Positions 55,430 through 64,000 of a stretch of DNA of 64,000 bases are shown here, piece after piece. The stretch spans positions 2,108,001 to 2,172,000 of the forward strand of contig NW_026515668.1 of assembly GCF_025526975.1 (NCBI RefSeq), read 5' to 3'. The notes under the pieces were generated by a model. The model was not told the origin of the DNA and searched no databases. It worked only from the letters and a program-made list of their open reading frames with translations. Both the position numbers and the translations under genes were made by a program. The first letter of the stretch is position 1; every line of letters begins with the position of its first letter. This DNA comes from Fimicolochytrium jonesii (lineage: Eukaryota).

Positions 55430-57238
55430 TTAGTGGTTGGACTTGATCCCACAGGCAGCGAGGAAATCCTTGGCCTCGACGACAAGCTGGTAGCACTTCG
55501 CAGCAGCGTCCCAATCGTCAGAGCGACCTTGCACGATCCCTCCTGGAAAGCAGGACTTGCCGATGTTTTTGTCACTCTTCTTCGCCGCCATCATCTTGGT
55601 CACATTCTCGGTGACAAAGCGGTACTCGATCGCGTCCAGGCTATCAGTGACGAGCTGGTCGTACCACGCGCTAAGATCGTCGGGACGGGCATCGCGACCC
55701 CAAGGCTTGGCCTCTCCGTTTTCGATCAGTGCTAGGATGGCCGACTTGTCGACATAGTAGCTCCCTGCTTCTACCCTCTGCAGGGTGAGATACTCGCAGC
55801 CTTCGGACGAAATTCCCTGAGCATCCCGGCAGAGACCGAAGAAGGATTGTCTGTCAACGCCAGCGAGGTGCTGAGGGCGGGAATCGTTGTCGACCACAAC
55901 GGCAACACTGATTTCCGCGTCGGTAGCAAACTTGCCCAAAAGCCTGGCAGCTGTCTTCGCGACATCGACGTACTGATGGGGAGTCTTCTTTCCTGACAGC
56001 TGATCGACGACGACTTTCCCGAGGAAGTTTGCCGCTCTGCCGGGGTCAATCCTAGCCATCCAGTTTCGCAGGAAGGCCCGGTCGCCCTCGTTCTCGACAA
56101 AGAGCAGCGTGCGGTTTGCAGCAAGGAGAGCCAGCTCGTCCGGGCGGCTGATGATAGTGGAGATGAGGTTCATGTCGCGGAGAGATTGGATCGCATCGAT
56201 CATGCTAGGAGAAAATCCTAGCATGATCGATGCGATCCAGAGTCCATGGAAACGACGGTTTCGGGGATGGACTCGACGAGAAGCCAGTCGATCTGGTGTG
56301 TCGACACCACCAGCTGGTTGATGTTGAGCGCGCAGAGGCCGCGGTGCACGAGCGGCAGAATGTGCGGGTGAAACGAAGAGGACGGCTCGTCAAGCAGAAC
56401 CACATGCATCGCGCCTACCGACAAGTCTTGGACCGACTTGACGCATTCGACTTGATCATATATGATCGTTGCGAACAGACAGACGGCGTAACTGACACCG
56501 CTTCCGTAAGCGTGCCAGACGAGGCCTGTCTCGTTGTCGGGTCCGATGGTGCACTTGATCTTGGATCCGCGATCAAAGGTTTGCGTGTGCAAGTTTCCAA
56601 TCCCTGGGAAGATGCTGTTCACGATGCGATTGAGCTGAACAAACTCGTTAGGGTGGTCTGCTGCAGGTAATGAACGAGGTTGGAGGTATAAAAACTGCGG
56701 CCGCTTCCGGGAACGAGGCGACCAGAGAGCTGGGCTCTGATCTTGTCCTGGTTGCCCCTGATACGCTCCTCGGAGCTGTAGCAGAGGGTGAGGTCTCGCG
56801 GGATGAGAGTGCACCGGATATCTGGCACCTTGATTGACGTATCGTGGTGATTGATCGTCAAAGTACCCCCCTGTCCGCTTGGGCCTCGGGTGAGGGACAG
56901 GTCTACGGCGGCACCGTTCGTAAAGCGCGCCTCGAAACGATCGAAGTTCTCTCCCTGGCGGAAGAGCGAACCGAAGTCGTCGTTTAAGGAGAGCTTCCGG
57001 AGAACGGACAGCTCCTCCACGTTCAACACCGCGGTGGAATGGAGGACCCCGTTTTCGTCGGATGCGTGATAGAGCAGGTAGGCCACAATGGTAACGGCCT
57101 TCAGCAGGTTAGTCTTTCCAGACCTGTTTGAGCCGACCAGAGTCGTCACGGGACCTTCAAAGTGGATGGTCTTGTCCTTGAAAGGTCCGAAGTTCACGCA
57201 ACGCAGGGTGGACATCAGGGTGGACATGGTCGTCGGCA
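55430..57238 (-). pseudogene. OLD-family-like ABC-type ATPase (AAA_15/AAA_21) plus TOPRIM nuclease, in three frames
   Basis: LRCVNFGPFKD, Walker A LVGSNRSGKTN, signature YGSGV, Walker B VLLDEPSSSFHP, H-loop VVSTH, then TOPRIM LLFVENEGD and VVVDND. Frameshift near 56660 and a stop/start overlap at 56218-56224. Confidence 0.8.
56187..56239. repeat. Perfect 24-bp inverted repeat with 5-nt loop
   Basis: tggatcgcatcgatcatgctagga-gaaaa-tcctagcatgatcgatgcgatcca. Confidence 0.97.
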
Positions 57239-57660
57239 TTCTATCGGTTGGTGGATTCGACTGTATAAAGCGAGATGAAGGGTGTGCGTTGGGGTCTAGG
57301 GGGATATGCAGCATCCTATCTGCAATAATCGTCCTTAGAGCACGGTAGAAAACGCGTTCTCCCGCGTAGGCGAGCGTTCCAGTAGCCATTTGTATAGAAA
57401 ACGCACAAGGAGCAACCCATGGCTGTTGTCCACCCATCCCCTCATATGCGTGTGGCACCACTTGTTACCCCAAGCGTTAGCCCCGCGTCTCTCGTGTAAC
57501 CTCGTGCAAACCCAAGCGCCCGGGGGGTTTACGAGCTGATATCATAAATAACATAAATAACATAATCCTAACGGGTAACGCTAAGTCATCCACAAGAGCC
57601 TCAAGCACCACCCGTTGGATCCGTGGGACCCTACGTTGTTTTGGACATGGAATCGCAGCC

Positions 57661-58121
57661 ATGGAGAACGTTATCAAAAAGACAGATGATGAGAGGAGTC
57701 TTTCGAGGATGATTGATAAGATGACAGGTGAGATGTGAGATGTGGTGGCGAGGTTTAGCGTCTTCAACTCCTGACTCTGTTTTACCCAGCGCGATCGATC
57801 TTGCGGGAGTACGGATTCCAGGAGGAGCAAGTAGCGACATGGGAAGAAGACGTACGTGTGCCCATTGGCGCCACCGCCGCTGCCTTCATAGCAGAGGTCG
57901 CTCTGGCCGCCGGGCTGACGCTAATGGACCCCGATCGCCATCCGGAACTGCGGGATGCGATGCTGGCGGGCAAGGGTCGCGCCAAGGAAGGCCCCGTCAA
58001 CGAGATGAAAACCATTCCCATTGCAGATCTGGCGAACGGTTCAGCCCGATCGACCTTCCCAAAAAATGTGGCAACGGTCACAATGAACTGGCTGGAATTA
58101 TCGAGGCATCTGCAACTCTGA
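57661..58121 (+). CDS. Small hypothetical protein with one spliceosomal intron, inside the viral island
   Basis: Exon 57661-57727, intron gtgaga...ctgac...cccag at 57728-57789, exon 57790-58121. The phases match. Confidence 0.5.
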
Positions 58122-58296
58122 GAGCGGTGCTCAGGATGCGATGGAGCTCCACCAACTGTCGATGCGCTTTCCGACCAGCGCGGGCCGCTCGTCCGCCGCG
58201 GCGTTCACAGGCATTGCTGCTCAGCACCGAGCGGCTTCTGAGGCCGCCTCGTTTTTTCCGTGGGGTAAGTGACATGCGGAACGCCAGTAAGCGCAA

Positions 58297-58910
58297 ATGG
58301 GAACCGTACTCAGCGCTCCGCAGATTCCGGACCAAACGACCGTGTTCGCGCAAATGGCCCTTGCGATCGTGCAGACAGCGGCAGGTGTCACGTCCGTCGA
58401 TCCGGCCTCGACGACCCCGGTGGACCTGTCCCCGCTCGCGACGCAAGAGTCGACGATGCGGGCGAATCTAATCGCCGCGCTCTTGGCGCTGTGCGAGCGC
58501 TCCAGGTACTCGTTGGGGTTCCTGTACCTCGGCGACGTCTCCGCCACGACGCGTGGGTTGGCGACCGCGCTGGCGAACACCGTCTCGGTGACCCCGCTTC
58601 TCGCGGCCTTGGCTACGCAGGCGGCGACCGCCGGGTCCGTCGGCGTGTCGATCCAAGGCACAAAAGTGTCCGCGACGGTGGCGGCCGTGGCGACGGCCCT
58701 CGCCGGCAACCAAACCTGCGTGAACGCGGTGGTGTCTCTCTTAGCCGCCCTCTCCGCGGACGCGTAGGCCGCGAGCAAAAATCGCACGACGTCGCTCGCC
58801 GTCACCGCCTTCGCCATGGTCGTGCTGTGCGCGTGCTCTCACCACTCGTCGCGGTCTTTGCGCGTGGTGAGCGCAATCACGCGGTCGCCTTCGTTCGGCC
58901 CGCCCCGCTC
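58297..58910 (+). pseudogene. Second L1R/F9L-like membrane protein paralogue with a nonsense codon before its TM helix
   Basis: MGTVLS (Gly2/Ser6 myristoylation pattern) aligns by eye with the 54885 protein. TAG at 58765-58767 is followed in frame by AASKNRTTSLAVTAFAMVVLCACS. Confidence 0.65.
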
Positions 58911-60802
58911 GCATGTCCTGGACGTGGAGGTCGACCATGCGCGCAAGACGATCTTCGCGTTCGACATCCTCGTTTACGACGGGAGGGACCTCAGAGGAGA
59001 CCGCGCCGCCGACCTCAACGCTCGACTTGCGTGGCTTCGGTCCGCCCTACCGGTGTTGTCGGACGGGTGGACTGTGGTGGAAAAGGAGTACCACGATTAC
59101 CGTTGGGGCATGCGCGCCACCCTCGATAGCGTCATGGGTCCCCATTCCGACGGCCTGATCTTTGTTCCCGAGGGCGAGCCCTACCCGACCAGGTGCCAAT
59201 GGAAGACCCTGTTGAAGTGGAAACCGCCCTCCCACAACTCGATCGATTTCCTCCTCGACAAGGACCGTGTCCTCTGCGTGGGTGACGTGAACGGGAGCGT
59301 TGTGCCGTTTCGGCCGCAGTTGCCGCTCGACGCGTCGCGGGTACGCCCACCTCCCGCGTGCCGGGACATCGTCCAGTGCGTCCTGGCTCCCGACGGCCGG
59401 CGTTTCGAGGCTCTCCGCGTGCGCACAGACAAGCCCAGGCCCAACTTCAAGACCGTCGCGCTGAACATCTGGAAGAGCATGAAACAGCCCCTTGACCTCC
59501 ACCGTCTCAACATTAGCGGGCACCAGGCCGTGTGGACCCATCACGGCTTTCTGAAAAACCAGCTGGCGCAACAGTGCGCGAGCGCGGGTCCCACCAACGT
59601 TCTCGAGCTCGCGCTCGAGCTCGACGGCGGCGGGGCCGTGCGCGACAACACAAGGTGGACCAGGTTGGGCTGCAGGGTGGTGTCCAAGGACCTGGAGGAG
59701 TTTTTGAACGGCGACGCGCAGGCCGAGGGCTCGTTCGGGGTCGTCACAGCGGGCTGGGCGCTCAACCACTACATGGCCTGGTCGCCGGCGCGGTGGGACG
59801 CCCTCTGGGCCGCCGTCAAGCGGCACTTGCGCCCCGATGGGGTGTTCACCTGTTTCACGTACGACCCGTTGATGATCGCGGAGATGTTCCGGAGGCGGAT
59901 GTGCGATGGCGGAAGCCTCTACAAGCTCCACTCTGACCTACATCCGGACACTTTGTGGGACGAGGTGGTGAACGCGGAGGAGATCCCCGCACGTTTCCCT
60001 GCAGACGCACGCCTCTCACAGGCCGCAGCCGTTGGTGTTGATCGCCACCGACCTGTTCGTCTCTCGCGCCGAGGCGCGCGGAGTGCGGTGTCGGTTTACG
60101 TCCCGCTTTCCTCTCCCTCGCGACCCCACGGTGTTCTTGAGTCCCACCGAGAGCGTTTACACGCAGTTGCATCGCTCGTGGGTGTTTGGATTGGACGCTG
60201 GAGAGCTTGCACCCGGACCGCCTTGGCTCCCCTGCACGCCCGAGGAGATCGCCTGCTTTCAGGAACAGCGTATAGAGGTGCCTCCCGACTTTGGGCACGT
60301 CCCGCAGGCCTCCGCGAGGGCCATGACGGCAGCGGCGATCGTGCACGCCGTGGCGAGCCCGGGACTGTCGTTGGAGACGCTGGAACGGCTCAGCCTTCAG
60401 GACCTTGCGCGAGTGTCCAACTGCACGCTCTATGTGTTGGGAGGGACGCACGGCGTCAGGGTGTGGGATCCCGCGAACCCCGACGAGTCGAGGTGTTTAT
60501 TTTTGCGATTGCACTCGGAGGGCGGAGGTGGGTTTCACCCGCTCGCTCTGGAGAACAGGGTGGACGGGTCGCGCTTTCTAACGTTCAGCCGCTTGCCGAC
60601 ACAAGCGGCCGCAGCCTCCGCCGCGCGCTTGGCTGTCATCGCCGAGCTCACGAGCCGAACTCTGGACAGGACAAAAGACGCTTGGAGGGTCAAAGACCTC
60701 GTCGAGTTTGCGGCGACCCACGACGTCGACCTTCCCGCGAACGTCAAAAGAAAGCAGGACGTGTACGAGTACATCCTGGCGGCGTTGGAGTCACGCCAGT
60801 AA
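58910..60802 (+). pseudogene. NCLDV-type mRNA capping enzyme (guanylyltransferase + OB + N7-methyltransferase), 5'-truncated and frameshifted, with extra C-terminal domains
   Basis: Motifs III VLDVEV, IIIa FAFDIL, IV SDGLIFVP, V LLKWKPPSHNSIDF, VI RVRTDKPRPN. MTase HHGFLKNQL...FGVVTAGWALNHY...LRPDGVF. Frameshift near 59985 leads to LSPTESVYTQLHRSWVF. Motif I KxDG and the triphosphatase are absent. Confidence 0.88.
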
Positions 60803-60858
60803 CACCAGTAACGATATAAACCGAGGTCTCGAATCTAGACTTACAGACCGGAACGATC

Positions 60859-61083
60859 ATGAACCCGTTCGTGGTCGCCTTCAACAGAGAGGTGGATGAA
60901 CTCCTGAACATGCTCCAATCGAGGTTCCCCGATAACAGCGAGATACAGGAGGCGAAGGCACAGCTCGACATGGCAAAGGACCTGGCGGCGGACACACCTC
61001 TGACGACGTTTATGGTGCAGGCGGTGAAATACAACCAACAAATTTCCGACGAGGACGCAACCTTTTTCTCCGGTGGCCAATAG
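60859..61083 (+). pseudogene. Small conserved NCLDV-type hypothetical protein, 3'-truncated at the island edge
   Basis: AFNREVDELLNMLQSRFPDNSEI...YNQQISDEDATFF matches the recalled 'AFN...FP.D..I...Y...I...D..FF' pattern of giant-virus hypothetical proteins. Confidence 0.6.
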
Positions 61084-61589
61084 GCGGTAAAGAAGCTACA
61101 CCACAGGTGCCCCTGGAGCGCCTGGTGTGATGACATGATGGCTGTGCTGTGCTGTGCTGTGCAAGGAGGTTAGAGTGATCTGTTTTAGGTAGTGTGAGGG
61201 ATTGCCGCGGGGTGAGGGATTGCTGTTGTTACCTGGAGGTGGTCGGCGGGATGTGTACTGTATATGTACAGAGGTGCTCGCAATTGCGTGGGGGATGTTG
61301 GTGGATTCCCCAGAGCCCCGTCGAGATGGAGCTGTGTGAAACGGGAGGAATAAACGAAAAGGAGCGTGAGGCAGAGCAAAAATGGTTGTGGCTCGAGCTG
61401 TTTGAGAGCGGGTAAAGGACTTGAGGATTGGTTGAGGCGTATTTCGGTAACGGTGGTATAGCTTTCTGTTGCGATACTTACCTTTAGTTGTGCTGGTCAG
61501 TTAACACCCACGAAGCGCCGAGCGCGACAGTAATTAACACGCCACGCCTAGCGCGACAGGGGTCATAATCTGAACAAACAAAGAAGTTG

Positions 61590-61661
61590 TCTGGGAGTGG
61601 GAATTGAACTCGCTACCTGCACGTCTGCAGGGAGAGCAAGATTCAACTGTGCCAAAGCGCC
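61590..61661 (-). pseudogene. Degenerate tRNA-like sequence (tRNA-Cys-derived pseudogene or SINE head)
   Basis: On the minus strand: A-box-like tggcacagttg, anticodon-loop-like ctgcaga, B-box gttcaattccc. The acceptor stem does not pair. Confidence 0.45.
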
Positions 61662-61918
61662 ATTGTTATGAGAGTGCAGAGAAGTGCAGCGATACCACCG
61701 GTTAGGACGAGCTGTCAAACTCCACTTTACGCGTCGCAGTGGGTTCTAGAACCGTTAAGAAACGTTCGAAGCGAGGCGATAATTTTTTTATCGCCTCGAT
61801 TTGGATGAGGTTGGTATGTAATTGGGGGGCATGATGAGGTGCAATCAAGAGCGTGAGGAGCGCGAAGAGTGAGGAAGAGTAGAGTGAGGATCCCCACGTT
61901 TTTTACACGCGTGTAAAG

Positions 61919-62170
61919 GATGAGTTGGGCAAAGGTTCGTTTGCGACTGTGCGGCTGAGCGTGGACCTGAAGACGGGCGAGCGGCTGGCTTGTAAGCTCA
62001 TTCAGCGCGGGAACGGGACGACGGAGAGGGAGAGGGAGAGGGAGGGGAGGAAGCCGAGTAGTGGGACTGTTATTGCGCGGGAGGTGTCAGGGGCGTTATC
62101 GTTGGGTGGGAAGGATAGGTTGACTTGTTTTTTTTGTGAGCAGAGGGCGATATTGAAGACCGTCATGCAG
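61919..62170 (+). pseudogene. Ser/Thr protein kinase N-lobe fragment (CAMK/Chk2-like)
   Basis: DELGKGSFATVRL...LACKLI...IARE|RAILKTV. No HRD/DFG motifs follow and no start is evident. Confidence 0.65.
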
Positions 62171-62352
62171 GGTGGTCTAGAGTCGCCGTTGTCCGCGATA
62201 TTGGGAGACGCGGTGATTATGAGGAAGGTGTGGGTTGCAAGGGAGTCCTATCTACAGCTACATACGAGAGTTGGGGGTGTCGGGAACGTGTCTATAGGCC
62301 ATGGGTCCAGTCTCATCGCACCACTGCACGCCTAGTCTATATGATATCCCCT

Positions 62353-64000
62353 TTAAGCCCTCGTCCCAACACTCGCCACCAGCTCTGGGTTAATCTCATT
62401 CAGAACCCTCAACGCATTCCTCGCACCCGTATCCGCAAACCCGCCCCTCGTCTGCACATTCGCCTCCCCGTCCCCACCACCACCAGAAGCAGTCGACCGC
62501 GCCTTCCTCACAACCATCTCCGTCCTCTGATCGCCAAAATCAACCGGGAAGAGGCGGTGCAGGAACTCGTAGGATGCGAGGGTGACGCCGAACTGCGGGG
62601 ACGAGCGGAACACTCGGGCGAGGCCGCCTTTGAAGAAGGCGCGCGGGCCTTCTTCGCGGAGGATCTTGCGGAAGGCGTCGGTTATGCCTGTGTAGGTGGT
62701 CTCGCCTTTGCGGGCGGCGACTTGGAGCCGGGTTTTGATTACGTCGGCGGGGGTTACGAGGTAGGCGGCTGGCATGCCGGCGATTGCTCCGGCGGTTAGG
62801 AGCTGGAAAGGACGAAATGAGCACTGGTCCCATAAAACACCGACCCTCAAGACCCCCCGACAAGAAGGGACCCACCTCAAAAGCCCCTAACCGTTTCCCC
62901 TCAACGCCCTCATCAAACAATCCCTTCTTCAAATGCGCATACGTCGGGAAATAAATCGCCGAGAAGGGGATATCCCTCAACAAACACGCGCCGACGCCTC
63001 GGTACAGGCCCAAAAGGCCCAGCTGCCGCACGATCTGAAGCGCGCTGTACCGGGGTGTGGCTTCCGCGGCTGTTTTCGCGGCTTCGCCTTGAACTACGAA
63101 AAAAGAGAGAGCCGTGTCAGATGCAAGGGTAATGTTGCATGGGATTTTGCATTTTTGTGTTTACCTTGTAACCGAATCTTAACAATCTCCAACGGATTCG
63201 TAAACAGAACTTGGCTCCCTCCAGCGGTACACCCCGCGAGAATCTCGCCAGCGAGCGTGATTTCCCCCGTACGTTTGTCGCGGAGGTGCGAGCGGACGAG
63301 ATCGTTCATTGTTAACTTGATTGCTTTTTCGGGGGCGACTAACGAAAACAAAATTTTGAAATTAGAATTACTCTTTATGTGTGGGAACCAAAAAGAAAGC
63401 GAGATAATATGCGCACCTCCGACTAACTGCGGCAAAAGCCCGGAATATAGGCCCATGACACCCTCCCGTTTGATAACTTTTTGGAAGCAATCTATGCTGT
63501 TCTTGTATAGGAGTTGGGAGGTGGCGCTCGCTCGTTGGTTTTGCATTCGCGTTTTTACCAGATCTGCGGACAAAAGGTGTAAGAATCATCTGCCTTTCAT
63601 GTTCTGTTACGTCATACGAAACACCATACCTATGGGATACACAACGGTAGCACCGATAGCGCCAGCGATGGCACCGAGCGTGAAGTTATATATGCTCTTG
63701 AGCGCTTCCATGGCGGCGCTCAGCTGGACGACTTGCCGAGCGAGGTCGGTAACGTCGGAGTTCGTGGCGACGAAGGCGCTGGCGTGGTCGCGTATTGCTT
63801 GTGGGTCGGAGGCGTTGTAATTTGGGTCGAATAACCTGAGGGGAATCATTCAGTATATGGCCTGCAGACACTCGATGGTTCCGTTTCCTGACAAAGTAAC
63901 TCACCTCTCAAACGCAGCAATAGGCAGCCTCGTCGTCTCGGTATCAAAATCCCTCCCAGCAAGGTGGAAGAAAATGTCCACCTCCATCGGCGTCAACATA
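62353..64000 (-). CDS. AGC1: Mitochondrial aspartate/glutamate carrier (citrin/aralar), 3' part; runs off the window
   Basis: [88 protein letters not shown]. Confidence 0.95.

Larger units (their letters stand above)
52431..61110. mobile_element. Endogenous giant-virus (Nucleocytoviricota-like) DNA island, decaying
   Basis: Tightly packed, almost intron-free genes with NCLDV-type products (L1R/F9L-like x2, capping enzyme, 2-Cys adaptor protein, small conserved hypothetical). Multiple frameshifts and nonsense codons. Lacks the host C-rich/G-rich block pattern. Boundaries are approximate. Confidence 0.85.

Noticed and set aside
58775..58815. Minus-strand aaggcg-gt-gacggcgagcga resembling KADGER (capping motif I) in an inversion
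   Set aside because: It needs a 2-nt removal, and the plus strand here is well explained as the L1R-like TM helix. Probably coincidence.
58816..60819. 667-aa ORF as a complete capping enzyme
   Set aside because: Its ATG lies in the TM segment of the upstream L1R-like gene, motif I is missing, and the last ~270 aa are out of frame relative to the protein-like 60032-60802 frame.
52431..61110. Bacterial contamination or prophage explanation for the island
   Set aside because: A capping enzyme, L1R-like proteins and an F-box motif are eukaryotic-virus features, and no operon-like Shine-Dalgarno pattern was evident. A chimeric assembly still needs to be excluded with reads.

Overview
Eukaryotic genomic DNA with compact genes and short GT-AG introns. 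The housekeeping genes are fungal-type, and flagellar genes (CFAP20, RABL2) plus presenilin point to a zoosporic early-diverging fungus, probably a chytrid (inferred). There are three zones. (1) About 1-10.3 kb is accessory or decayed DNA: a multi-exon C2H2 zinc-finger gene, a Ty3/Gypsy RT fragment, an orphan ORF and broken reading frames. (2) About 10.4-52.2 kb is a dense housekeeping block: CUE protein, YHM2, RPS4, CFAP20, metaxin, RABL2, F-box/LRR, DBP2, presenilin with an N-terminal MYND finger, SHO1, PEX14, PAAF1/Rpn14, NOP2, SRA1-like, BLOC1S1, DGCR6-like, TAF8, RTF1, prefoldin 3 and a mitochondrial carrier. (3) About 52.4-61.1 kb is an ~8.7 kb, almost intron-free, decaying island of giant-virus (Nucleocytoviricota)-like genes. 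It holds two paralogous L1R/F9L-type membrane proteins, a 5'-truncated mRNA capping enzyme, a 2-Cys-adaptor/F-box protein, a ricin-type lectin and a prokaryote-style OLD-family ABC-ATPase/TOPRIM nuclease split by a perfect 24-bp palindrome. After it come a tRNA-like relic, a kinase fragment and the 3' part of AGC1/citrin. All family calls come from motif recognition by eye; no searches were run.
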